Of a DNA stretch of 64,000 bases, positions 10,798 through 24,047 are shown piece after piece. Numbering within the stretch: position 1 is the stretch's first letter; each line of letters begins with the position of its first letter. Under the pieces are notes generated by a model. It searched no databases. It saw only the letters and a list, made by a program, of their open reading frames with translations, and was not told where the DNA came from. The DNA comes from Tubiluchus corallicola. Its lineage: Eukaryota > Animalia > Priapulida. Position numbers and translations under genes: made by a program. The stretch spans positions 558,001 through 622,000 of the forward strand of contig JAQGDQ010000068.1 in NCBI GenBank assembly GCA_030141605.1, read 5' to 3'.

Positions 10798-12283
10798 GAC
10801 TTAACATTCACACGTAGGTCAACTATGCACTGCTGCGTCGGCTTGAATAAAAGCCGATTAACAACGGACTAGGACGACCCTGGGAATCAACTTTGAATCG
10901 TGAGGCTGATTATTTTGATAACAATTAAAAATTTTAATAAGTGACTGATAGTATCTGTGACGGTGTGAATGTTATTTGGAAAATGTCAGGATTAATCTCT
11001 AAAAATCTTAGTACAAAATAAAGCATACTTCACACCTGTCGAGTATCCGTTCAATAATTTTTTGGCTTAAGCAAATGAGTTCGATATCGGATAACTTCTA
11101 TTATACACTTATTATTATTATTATTAGTAAGATATCGCTTTTCTTTTATTATTTTTTGGCTTTAATAATAACGTGTAATGACTTCATAATGCTTCTAGTA
11201 ATTAATCTTTGAAAGTATTTTAAACCAACAATCAAAAAAAACAATAGAAGACTTGCTAATAATAACAATAACTGTATTGAACAGAACAAATGATACTGCT
11301 CAATTACATAATAATGAATTAGAGACCGGTCTAATACTCAACTTGAATAAGCTAGATAAGCGCCTCTACCATGGACCATCACGATGTCCCAATCCATCCA
11401 TCAAGCCGCCTGGCATCCGATGCGTCCTATGCCAACCAACGTGGGACTTTCCGATTCCCTACTACGTCCACACCAATCTAAACCAGCCAACTTGCTGAAA
11501 CGACCACCACGTCGCCTCATCCACTTGAATGACGAGCTTTCTCTAGGCAATCACTTGAACAAGTCGAAGTGCGGCATATATACAGCTTTGCAAGAGTCTA
11601 TTTTACATCACTCGGTAAACCATTTCAGTACTAGGTCAACAACATCAAATCCGTCAAGCTATTAGAGTTGCAGCAATCACCACATAATTCTAAGGCGTAC
11701 ATGCTTGAAAGTAAACAATTACAGTCATTGATAAGATGACGGGAGACTAGTCAAATTTCTTGGAGTACGTGAATGCAACCAATCAATTCTTTTGCAAATC
11801 GACCAATCAGAAGGTAGAATTAAGCATAATGTCTTGGGTCACATTCAGGTAAAAACTAAGCTCTACAATACAGGTAATTTAACAGGAATTTAACATACAG
11901 CAGTAGGATAGCGCCAGCAAATATGACACTATATTAGCTAAAACACAAACGGGCGCTTTTGTTTCATTTTACACGTTAAATTGCTTGCATGTTGTATAAT
12001 TAAGCTCAACATAATTAATTAGTGTCAACACCTAATTATCAGCTAACAGGGGCAAAAATGTGATTGGGTATTGTTATAGCAAAGCAAATTGCAATAAAGA
12101 GTAACGGTAATGTAATAAAGTTTTGCAATCTAAGAGTAAGATCTGTACATCACAGTACCTATTAAACTCTCGATACCTTATAATATAGCAAGCGCAGCCA
12201 CGCGTAGTGGTGTGGTAGGTGTTTTATGATGCTAGTTGTGTACCACTGGACAATGATGAGCCAGTAATAAGCTGACTCTTGTG

Positions 12284-12536
12284 TACGGAACGCCAAGTGG
12301 AATTTAATGCTTATTTTTGAATATTAATAAATGATTTATTAATATTAATAAATGCGTGATTTTTTAAATTCATATTTCATTTTTTAATATTAATAAATTA
12401 TTATCAATATTAAAAAATCACCCATTTATTAATATTAATAAATCATTTATGAATATTCAAAATTGATTTATTAATAGTCATAATTCATTTATTAATATTC
12501 AAAAATAAGCATGAAATTCCGCTCTGGCGTTCCACA
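12284..12536. mobile_element. Foldback-type MITE with ~50-bp TIRs and AT-rich internal subrepeats
   Basis: Left arm GGAACGCCAAGTGGAATTTAATGCTTATTTTTGAATATTAATAAATGA pairs with right arm TCATTTATTAATATTCAAAAATAAGCATGAAATTCCGCTCTGGCGTTCC. Internal TTTATTAATATTAATAAAT repeats. Confidence 0.75.
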
Positions 12537-15500
12537 GATGTGTGCCAAACGTTGAAACGATGATTATCTGCGTGTAGTTTTGCAGTAAATCATTATTTGC
12601 AAACGTCTAATTCGTCTAATTTATTTGCTTTACTAACCGTGGAAAACTGCAAGAAATGTTTGGAAATGCTGAACGGACATTATCATATCTTAATGCCTTA
12701 AAGTATGTCTATTTTAGGTCCGTTTATGTTACAGTTTTTTCACAATTTATGCGTTTTCACAACCTTCTGGCTTTTTTCATGCAAACAATAGCTCCGCAAT
12801 AGTCTAATCATTCCGAAAATATTCAACTCATGTAGTAAGATTTTTACAGCAGCCACAGATGGCGCTGCAATCCTATGCGCAGCATTTTAATAGCAAATCT
12901 AGAAATAAACGAAAATTGCATAATAATTATAACATTCTATAAAAATACCATAGTCTATAATTGAACTCAAAATGAAGTAGAATTTTTAAGGAAAAGGTTT
13001 AATTTGTTATTTTAACGTGGAAATCAGATATTTGCTAAAATGAAAACATTTACTTCCCCAATGCTGATAAAAAGTTGGCAATTATGAATTAGCAACAGCG
13101 ACGGCAACGGTATGGCGGTATAGAGATCTCAATAGGTCTCAGAGCATGATTTCTCTATCTGGTTCTGATAAGTACAAATAGCGCAAGAACCGCATGGTTT
13201 CACAACCACAGCTCTGAACCTTCTTGCCAAAAAGGATAGCAATAACCACGTTAGATTAATAAAAACGTGAATCCAAGTGTTGTGAATTTGCCATTGACTG
13301 CTTTACAAGGTTGACGGTCTCGCTAAGAAATGCCAAAGCTTTAATTTAGAAGTCATTGCCCTGTGTTTTCCTTCAGCTGACTTTTTATAGCACACATGCG
13401 TTTGATAAAAGTCCAAAATGGCACTTTCTGAGCAACATGGGCTGGAAATTTTGCGAACATTTGATGCTGAAGCCAAACAGGGGCCGGCTTTGTGATGTGA
13501 GAAAACACTTGGAAATAATTTAACTTTTCATTGCCATTTAATCGTTGGAGTACGTTGTAAATATATTTTGTGGAAGTTGAATTCATGTCATTGCTCCAAG
13601 TTTTAATCTGCGTAGAATTATTTGCATCAAATTTGCATGCACGTGGAAAAACATGGGAAAAGTGCCTTTATTGCTGGTTAATTTTAGGTGGTGTTCGTGA
13701 TGGCGGAGTAATAAGATAGGAATGTTTTTATAAAAGCGTAAAATTAATGAAAAATGTTGTAAAATTAATTTTAATTTAATTAACACATTAAAAACATTAA
13801 AAGGTGAATTTAATTGAACAGTTTGAGTATTGTGGCCGAGAAGCCTAGTGAGGCGATCAATGTATAACGGTATGAAATTCATCAACCTGCCTAGTAACTC
13901 ATTGCCTTGTAAGCAGTTACCATAACTACAAGCGGGTTCTGTCCTTTGACCAGTACTGAAAGAACTTCTCCAGCAAATTGTTCACCTGGCAACCAGTTAC
14001 GTAGCAACTCGTTATCTAGCAACCACTTTCCCCAGCAGGCAGTGGCGATGTGTAGCCAGTTCTGCACATAAAGTATTGTTCCCGCTGTGTTTAAACTAGA
14101 TGTGTTATTTATGTTATAATCTCTTTTTATGGTCACTATCTGTTAATAAGTATATTTACACTACACAATACTTGTTAATATGTGGACTGGAACGTTGAAC
14201 TTTTCTGCGAAAATTAATTAAATTAATAAACAAGAACAAGACTAAGTTTTCTATTATTTTTTCCTACGGTCGTGGCGTTGTTGTTTTTTTGGTAGCAGGG
14301 GCAACGGTGACGGTAGTGACATATTTAAAAATCATGAAAATCTAAAACTTGCAATAGACTTGTACCATGCCATTGGCATAATCGAAATATGTCAAGACGT
14401 TAAAAGTCGAGTAAAATTTCAAACTTCTGAAACATTACCTATGCCAAATTACAAGGCAGACTGTATGCAGACCTCACAAAATGATTTGTAAAATACACGC
14501 CCATTCTAGCCTTGACTTTTGCCTTTTGATCCAAACTCAGTGTATGTCTACAACCGGAAATGACTATATTTGTATCAGAATTAGTTGTTAACATTCCATG
14601 CGCTTTTGATTTAAAACTATCACAATAAACAAAAGGCAGACACATGGAGTTTATTATAGACAGGCTTCCATAACTGAACAACTTATTCTGTGGGTTCAAA
14701 GCCGTTCAAAGCTATGCGCGCTTATTCCTCGATTTTTCACTCGACACTTTGAGTTAGCTCTTCAGTTTGGTCTTGAGAGGGACAGTTTATGAAATTAATA
14801 TCGGCGAGCAGACAATCATTTAATGAATTAATCGTTTCCAGTAATTTGTAAGCTTTTTAATACTGCGTGTTATTCACTTTTCATGATTAAACTTCAATAG
14901 AATTTCGTCACTTATGTGAATAACTATCTATGCCACTCAAATGCTGAGTGGCAAATGCTGCTTAAGCAAGGAAATGTCATTAGACTTAAGTTCCTATGAT
15001 TAGAGTACCAGTACTTTCTTACAAACATATTAGTGATATATCATTTCGGGTATCGCAATTTGCATAAAAAAATAATATGCACGCCATCAAGCCTAGTCAT
15101 CCAGCTACTATAGGTTTCAGAGCTCGTGGCTTATAGTCATTGTATCTGACGCATTTGGACTACTTGGTACAAAGTTTCCAGAAGAATACATGGAACAATT
15201 TGCAGTTCATCTGATTATTGCTGTGTCATATCTTTAATTATAATGTTTAGTTGAATGAGCCTGTGTCAAGTTAACATGCTTCCCCTGTTCATACCCATTC
15301 AAACTGAGTAGTGCACTTTTTAAATTACCAACTAGATTCTACTTAGTGATTAACGTCGTAATGACGTACTCATTTTCAACAACTTCGGATTCCAGTTCTG
15401 AGTCAGCCGATATGCCGCCAGCCGCATGAGAGGATTACCGCCTAACGTGACGCGACAGTTCGGTGACGAGAAAGCAGTAGCTTCTCCTGATGACCCCCGG

Positions 15501-17539
15501 CAGCTACCACGTGAAGCCGCGCACAGTGCTGGCAAACGCGAAGCCAGCACCACAATGCAAACGCTCGGTCGCTTCGCCAGGAAAATGGGCAAAGAATTCA
15601 GTGATAATGCCCGTTCATGTATATAGGATACTAGCTTAGAATGTTGACGTTTAGTCAATTGGATTTGAATAAAGTGGCAATCTGTTTTAGTGTGACATAG
15701 ACTGATGGTCAAGTTATTATGTGATCGCACAGTGCAAGTTGAATGCTACTGTTTAGCGTTTCGTACCTTTTCTTCTTAAGATTTGACCTCATGGGTTTCG
15801 TACTTTCAGCCTAGTTTCTCGTAATGTAGCTTTAACGCCTGAGTGGACCTCGTAGTTCAAACCGCCTTCGTTTAGGCAAATAATATCAGTGCAAAGTAAG
15901 GGCGTACACATATGCATTGCAATCTGCACCAAAGAAGTGCGCGAGTCTGTGCGATTCATGTGGACGATTCGGTATGCGTCTTTACACGTTTGATGTGGAA
16001 CATTTGAACCATCCGGTGTGCGAATCGTCCTGCGTGCCATCAGGTATTGCAGTACGTCGGTGTCTGTGGTGCTTTGTTGATTGACTTCTTTCATTGCTAC
16101 AAAAAGTAACGTTTGTCTGTCCCGATAATTATAAAACGTTAGACCAGGAGCACAGAAGATTTAATCGATATTGTGTGGGCCAAAGTAATTTAATGTCCAT
16201 ACTGCTTTTTTACCTTTGTAAATTAAAGGACAAATTTTCCTGATGGAAATGAGTGTGGCCTTACCCTCCCCCCCCCCCATTGATTTTATTGGGTGACCGA
16301 AGTGACACTTATTCAAGTAGACAGCGCCAAATCTAAAATCTCTGCTAAATGATGCGCAGTTATTTAATTTTACCTTAACAGATAACATACCACGACAGCT
16401 ACTTCCAAAGTGGTTTTCTCGGAGGGTTACAAATTTGGCATTTATTCAAGTTTCAAAGGGCCAAGGCTGAAACTTGCATCAATAGCGTCCCTGTAACGTT
16501 GCCAACATAAAACTTCTCATGACAGCATTTTTTGTACTATTGTCAATTAAGGCTTTGTTTGGTTGTTCCCATTGTTGTGTTGTCATTTTCTCAGTAGTTT
16601 TCACTATTGAATAGATCTATTTTGTATGTTTATTTGGTATGTAACGAATCCCATAAATGTAGTTCTTTGGAAAATTTGCCAAATTCATCATTCATAATCT
16701 AAATATCAAGATTATTATTAATTATGACACAACTCACAATAAATTAAATTTTAAAACCAAGCTTTTTCACATTCCCTGTTTTCAAATTTCAAACTAATTG
16801 TCAAATTCGTCAACCAACTACATTTGTTTTACTAAATAAATGTAAATATATTATTAATTTTTACGGTGTTTCAAGTTCACTTTGTGTTTCTTTACGTTTT
16901 ACATTATGTTCCTCACGTTTCATGTCAGACAGCAGACAATGAAATTTGCCAAAATGTAACCATTTTAGCAAATAAAAAAGATGTCTCCCATGAATGTCAA
17001 CTTGATATTCGCGTGCAATAAAACTTGGGAGAGAGGCTTGTATTATAAAACTGTGAATGCGGCTGCAAAAAAGTAGAGTTATAATAACATTTATTGTCCT
17101 TAAATTTCAGATAGATCTAAGGTTTTGTGGATAGAAAATTTCCTTTTTGTGTATTGAAAACTTCCTTGCTTTTATTTATTAGCTATAACAGCAAAAATAC
17201 TGTCATTATTTGTAACATCACAATTGTTATCTTCACAAGAATTTTATTAGTATAAGTCAAATTTTAACCATTGGAAATTAAATATTGTCATAAGATTTTT
17301 TATACTTTACTCAGGTAAAAAAGCAGCAGGGGCAACCAAATCTTTGCCCCCCCCTCCAAAAAGAACTTGAATAAGCCTTCTGGGGTCCTGGACTGCGTAT
17401 TTTTTGCCGACAATTATTATTACGTCATCTCGAGCTCGACAGAGCGTTTTTAAAAGATTATATTTACGTATTAATATTCTGACTCGAAACAGACGTTGGC
17501 CTAATGAACAATTTTTTCTGCTGATGAAGATGCCTTAGC

Positions 17540-17552
17540 TGACGATGATGAC

Positions 17553-17623
<71 letters not shown>

Positions 17624-17633
17624 CGACGACGAC

Positions 17634-17665
<32 letters not shown>

Positions 17666-17666
17666 C
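17540..17666. repeat. (GAT/GAC)n microsatellite
   Basis: Directly visible; produces the spurious poly-Ser ORF. Confidence 0.95.
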
Positions 17667-18021
17667 GAAAAATTCTTTATTTGTTCATAAATATGCATAA
17701 ACATTTTTTTATCGCACGAACGGAATGCATATTATTTGTCGCCGCATCTTCGGATATTCCGCACATTACAGATATAACGTTTCCGGATCAGCCGCATGAA
17801 CCGTTGCCGCACAAATAGAATGCATGTGAATACGCCCTAATGCTCGAAAGACCGTGTACCCATTATAAAGGTTTCATTCCTCTACCGTATTTGCACGCTG
17901 TAATTGACTAAGCTCAAACTATTTGTACTGCTGTCACAGAGAGGAGAAGCCGCTTTTCTAGCAGGGGATATTGGTGTGGCTTAAACAAGAACACGTGTTT
18001 TAGAGTGCACTTATTAGAACC

Positions 18022-18112
18022 ATGAGTAATAACAGCGGATATCGCTTTGATTACTTCTCCCATGGGCCTCGGATATTTACTTATTTTTCGGAGTTCGAGG
18101 ATTCTTGGTCAG
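18022..18112 (+). CDS. FFAR4-like GPCR paralog 2, coding exon 1 (N-terminus)
   Basis: ACCATG start; encodes MSNNSGYRFDYFSHGPRIFTYFSEFEDSWS-G, then a phase-1 donor G|GTAGGT. FTYFSEF...W matches paralog 1 FTYFSDF...W at the same distance from the donor. Confidence 0.85.
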
Positions 18113-18189
18113 GTAGGTGAAATGTAGCTCAGGAAACTGGTTAAACTAACCGAGACTAAACGAAGGAATACCAGAGGGCGAAGCCAGAC

Positions 18190-18349
<160 letters not shown>

Positions 18350-19196
18350 TTCTGTTTCTTTTCATTTTTTATGTTTTCTTTTCATTTCATCTACCTGCTT
18401 TTTTCTTTCTCCCTTTTTCAATGGTTTTCCTTTCTTCCTGTCTATGCATACCATCATCCTTATTCTGTGCAGCCGGAAAAAGCAAATAGATCATTACGCG
18501 GGTATAGGCCTACTTTCCTACAGCCAAATACTTTGAGATGAACACGTACAGAATTTACAATTAATCCTTGTTCGGTCCGGTCTTGATTCCCTACCACAGT
18601 GGATTGACTAAAATGCATGTTTAATAAGTGTTACTTCCAAAAATACGCTCGGATTTTCATGGCGGCTACGATTGTATGATAAATATGGCTTTATAAAATT
18701 ACACGTTAAAAAGGAATTTTTGGATTCTTATTTGTTAGTTGGCCTGGAAGAATATTATCTGCGTTCATTTTTACTTTCGTAGCTCAAAAGACTATGCATA
18801 ATTCACATCAGTAATCCTCTTATTGTTGCAAGACTAAATTTGATTAACGAAGTTATATAAATTAAGATCTGTTTGGGCTATTTGGCTTGAGTGGTAATTT
18901 ATGAAGTCACGTTGCAGACTGCTATTCGCCAAAAAATGTTTCGCCAAAACTAATTAGCTCATCATATAATTAATGTGCAACGGGAAAACATAAATTATGC
19001 AGAAATTTAGTTATGCAATGCGCTGAGTTGGGAACAAAGAGTTTCATAATTCAAACGATAATGATAAAGAGTGTTGCCATAGAGAAAGAAAAATTCTCGA
19101 AACAAATTATTCGAGCTTTTCCATATGCGAAATGCTTTAAAATACAAAATTTATCGAAAGAAACCGATGGACTGTAACTCAAGCTGTAATATAAAG

Positions 19197-19713
<517 letters not shown>

Positions 19714-21817
19714 GTAATAACAATTACATAAAATTCAAGGACTTTCACCACGAGTCAAGCAGGGCAGCAGCAAGAATCATTATTATATTTTTCGGTATCG
19801 AACTCACAAGCTCCCATACAGTAAGCATTCGCTTCTTCCAGTTGACTCGTCAAAACTGCGCCGTTTTTTATTTTCTGCATCAAGTACGGCACAGTGGTAG
19901 AAATTTTAGGTGACATGTATAATAATAGCATAATACACTTGTTCATTTGCAAACTCAACCATTACAAATCTAAGCTCATTACACCACTCACAAGTCTTGC
20001 ATGGCTTCAATTCTCAGGAATATCTGACGTTCTTGAGAGTCTACTGCTTTCATTAGATCAGACGCAGCTTTAGAGCTTAAAGTAATTCTATTAATACCTC
20101 TTGTCAAAGGCAAGACGCCTGATTTAGCCTTTGATTTGTCAGGTGTTGAAAACTTGTTTATATTGCTGAGGTAGGTTCTCTCTTTCTCAGCCTGCCTCTC
20201 TTTTGTACCCTGATTAGCAGCGTGCAATGCAAGAGTTTGTAATTTTACGTCGCTGCTTAGTATTCATTGCAGAAGTCGTCCCGTTGCACTACGTTGCTCC
20301 TCCGAGTAAAACATTCATTTTAGCAAGAAAGCAGTTAGTTTAAAGAAACCAACGTTACTAATTCGGTGTTTAATTTTTGTATTTCTGGCATCATCTTTTG
20401 AAGTAAATATCAGAACTGTTTCATGCAAAATTTATAATAGCTTAATCGATCACGGTTAATTATAAACATGATCGAAAAAATATTGAAGTGCTATATACTT
20501 AAATATTGGTGAAAAAAGCTTTTTTGGCTTGAGAGTTACTATACACCAAAAGTTTTACATAAACAAATACTTTTAAAAATTAGACTACATAGGATGTATT
20601 GATGAGACCATCTATACCTAACTTTACATTAGAATTACCTAGATTACACACGCTTGCTTAGCGGCGTAGTTAAAATAAAATTACGTTAACTTGCCAAAAA
20701 GAATTAATTGCTGTAAATCTGCATAAAATGTACACGTTAGGCTAATTGTCAATGCTTATTAGCACGAAGAACATATTTAGACCTACACACGTTTACAAAT
20801 ACGGGTTGGGTGGGACATCCTGTAGAATGCTACCAAATGTATCCCATAGTGTCATGTTATAGTTACAAATTTACACACTTTAAGTGTTGTCAAATTATTG
20901 CAAAAATCTTGACATTTTCGTAAGAATATTTGCACTTAATTGCAATAGCACGTCTTGAAATGCAAAGAGTAAAAGGCCCCGGCTATCTCCTCTTGCTGTG
21001 GGTTAAAAGGCTCCCGGGGGGGGGGGGGCTTTATGCCCCATTGTACATTATTTAATTTATATCGTGCCAATAATCATTTTTGTATGCAGGCCAGCACAGG
21101 TACCGTGGTTAGAAAAAACAACTAAAAAGGCGTCATACGGGGATGAGGTGCTCGCTAGTGTTCTGCAATGCTTAGCTTGCAAAAACATGTATGTGTTTAT
21201 CTGTATAATCAAAACTATAATTTTTGGCTGGTTACCAGCAACCACTCTTATTATTAAATAAATCCCGTGTTGCTTTTCTTAGCAATAAGCCCACAAAGTG
21301 ACCATACAGGTATTTCCTTCCCCAGTTATTAGTGAATTTCACAAAGTTCCAGAATAATAAATAATATTTGCTATCAAAAGCATTTTAACATTAGCACGTT
21401 CAAATACATATTAATATAATTTTGCAGAAACTAGCAAAACCTGACAGAAGCTTTTGTATAATGTCCAAGCAGTGTACAGAATTACATTTAAAATTACATT
21501 GTGGGCTAAGCCACCCCCCCCCCCCACCCCCCACCTTACATATAAATACCTTTCCCATATATAGTTATCTGTACAACGCTTGTAAAACAAACAAGCACAA
21601 CCAATAAAAGCCCTAAAACACACAAAATTACGAAATTTTTAGGCCATTTATTTGTTTTAGTTTGTGTTGTAATAATTGGTGTTTGCCTTTTTTCTAGCAT
21701 TTATTTATTTATTTTGAACTAAAGTGACCGTCTGCGTTTTAATAGAAACGAACTACATCTATTTCGTGTTCCTAATGTTTAGTTCAGACTTCAAACGCTG
21801 CACGGAGCTGCGATCAA

Positions 21818-21831
21818 ATCACTGTGACAAC
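21818..21831 (+). promoter_or_regulatory. X-box (RFX)-like motif upstream of MORN2
   Basis: ATCACTGTGACAAC fits RTHNYYWTRRNRAC with one mismatch, ~95 bp upstream of the MORN2 ATG. The motif is short and could be a chance match. Confidence 0.3.
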
Positions 21832-21924
21832 GCAAGATTGTTTATTTATAATTTTATACCCAAACTAACTCAACAAATGTAGAAGTGAAGTATACGTGAC
21901 TTTTTCTCATATTCCCGCATCAAA

Positions 21925-22368
21925 ATGAGCACAACCGATGTATCGAACGTTGAAATCAAAGAAACAGAACGGAAACCTAACGTCTTTATTTTTCCAAATG
22001 GAGACAAATATGAAGGGGACTATGTGGAGATAGAAGGCGAAGGCATAGAAAGGCTTGGCTATGGAACACACTATGGAAAGAATGGCTCAACCTGGCAGGG
22101 GCACTGGGTGGAAGACAGACTTGTTGGTGAAGGATCATTTCATTTATGTGGATGCACGTACACAGGAGAATTCAAGAACGGCTTGTTTCACGGTCAAGGC
22201 ACGTACAAATGGCCAAATGGTGTCCAGTACAGAGGTACTTTTATAAATAACAGATTTGAAGGAGAAGGGCAAATGACAGACACAGATGGACGTGTCTGGA
22301 CTGGAAAGGTCATGAGAGATATAGCCACGGCTCTACAGCTGCAGTTGGATGTAGTCACGTTACCTTAA
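21925..22368 (+). CDS. MORN2: MORN repeat-containing protein 2 (intronless, nested in the GPCR intron)
   Basis: 147-aa ORF with tandem MORN repeats (FIFPNGDKYEG, YTGEFKNGLFHGQGTYKWPNGVQYRG). The C-terminus EGEGQMTDTDGRVWTG...LQLQL resembles MORN2 EGEGEYTDIQGLEWSG...LKLKL. CAAAATG start context; AATAAA at ~22504 and ~22527. Confidence 0.88.
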   Translation: MSTTDVSNVEIKETERKPNVFIFPNGDKYEGDYVEIEGEGIERLGYGTHYGKNGSTWQGHWVEDRLVGEGSFHLCGCTYTGEFKNGLFHGQGTYKWPNGVQYRGTFINNRFEGEGQMTDTDGRVWTGKVMRDIATALQLQLDVVTLP

Positions 22369-23667
22369 CGATAAAACAATTGATAATTGCTTATAGGATG
22401 AGAACTACGTATACTGTTTCACTATGGGCCTATGATATTTTATTGATTTTTTTTCTGCTAGAATTAATAAGTTATATTACATCCACCGCGCATGTTGCAG
22501 TTTAATAAAATTCCTAAATTATATTTAATAAAAATTGTATTAAATTACTTTTGCGTGACTCCTACTACTGACAACTAGGCCGAAAGCCTAGTCATGAATA
22601 AACTCATTTTTCTGGCATAAGTCTTAACTTGTGACATATCTCAAGAAATTGTTTATGGTATGTCAATGTGATTTGTTAAAGGGAAAGAAAGGGGAATTTT
22701 CAAATTTGTTCCAAGAACCTTTCCACACAAAGTTATATCACTCCGCGTTACACTTACATGTTTTTGAAAGACTTGTGCAACTGAAAAAGAAAATTCTTGG
22801 TAATTTAAAATGTTTGTACCTACTAATGAAGTGTCATTGACTCACTATCCCAGTGCGCACCACAAAACGTCACTGGCCTACCCAAATACTATTTATTTTA
22901 CAGACAACATAAAGTAATTTATACTTTTGCTTTATTAGTGAAGTGTGCGTGCGTTTTCGCACTTTATTCCCTGTTATTTAAACTTGCTTCAACGGTTGTC
23001 CCCGGGTTTGTTTTCAAGTTTATACAGCGTTGCTGCTAATTCAAGTTCAGTGCACAATCAGACAGCATGTAGGTGATACAAAATTTCAAGACAATTTTTT
23101 CGCATAGTGAAATAATTGTTTTCGGGTGCTTTAGCAATTTTGTCTTTGTGTTTATTTTAATTGTGCAGCCTAGCGATATCGCTTTTAGAACTTCAAGCTG
23201 CGTCTTAGCTTTTAGGCCTAATTACTATAAGTGTGTCTTGCCACTTACTTGTAAGATCTACTAACGGTATTATTTTTAAAGATATGAATTGTACTATCAA
23301 GTCGACTCACATTCTGTCATTTGTAGTGTAGGTCTAAATCTGCTACGTGCATAGTATTCTAGAATATATTGTATTATTTCATCCCCTGAGGTTCTTTTTG
23401 AGGTATATTGGAAAAATCGAATGCCTTAAACGAAATAGGTACAATAAAATTTATCTGCAGAAATGTATCATTACATTTTCGAAGCACTGTATTTATCTGC
23501 AACGTAAAGCAATATTGCAACTTATTGCTTCGTTTATGGGCGCCCTAAATTAAATTACTTTTTCGGCATTTCCCAAAAGACTGTGCAGGGAGAGAAGCTA
23601 ATGTTGAAGAAGAAAGTATACCTTCAAGAAAGTGCTCTAATATTAACAGAGGATAATGTATAGGCCT

Positions 23668-24047
23668 TGTGAAAGTCATGTTTAAAGTTGTAGATCACTC
23701 ACTTTGTAGAACAAGAATAAAAGACTATACTGCATATATGTGTTTATTAAAGTGTTTATTAAACTACATACATATAAGTAGAATGACTGCTGCACTGAAC
23801 ACTGAGAATGGGAGTGTCCTGCACTGAACACTGAGAGTTAGACAGTGACTAGACTGTAAAACCAGTCAGTATATATAGGTATAGGTGACTATGCATACTT
23901 GTACAGGCTTCACAAAACCAGTACTTTAAATTAGGGAGAGATCCAGTAAATGCACCGTACAATTATACTGGGGTAAGTAGTTGGTAGAGTAACAGGATTA
24001 GTTCATAGATAGCAGCACCTGAAAAATGTACAATTACAACTTCCACA
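23668..24047 (-). mobile_element. Solo LTR (380 bp)
   Basis: TG...CA termini with a short inverted repeat (TGTGAAAGT / ACTTCCACA) and a perfect 5-bp target-site duplication GGCCT on both sides. TATA-like and AATAAA signals on the minus strand. Confidence 0.75.

Noticed and set aside
11340-11700. GC-richer stretch with a QAIRVAAITT peptide reminiscent of tyrosine-recombinase HSxRxGAAT
   Set aside because: Similarity is too weak and frame-broken to call a DIRS element without a search.
15350-16094. GC-richer ORFs (MRGLPPNVTRQ..., MKEVNQQ...) possibly gag or transposon relics
   Set aside because: No intact zinc knuckle, LTR or splice framework is recognisable.
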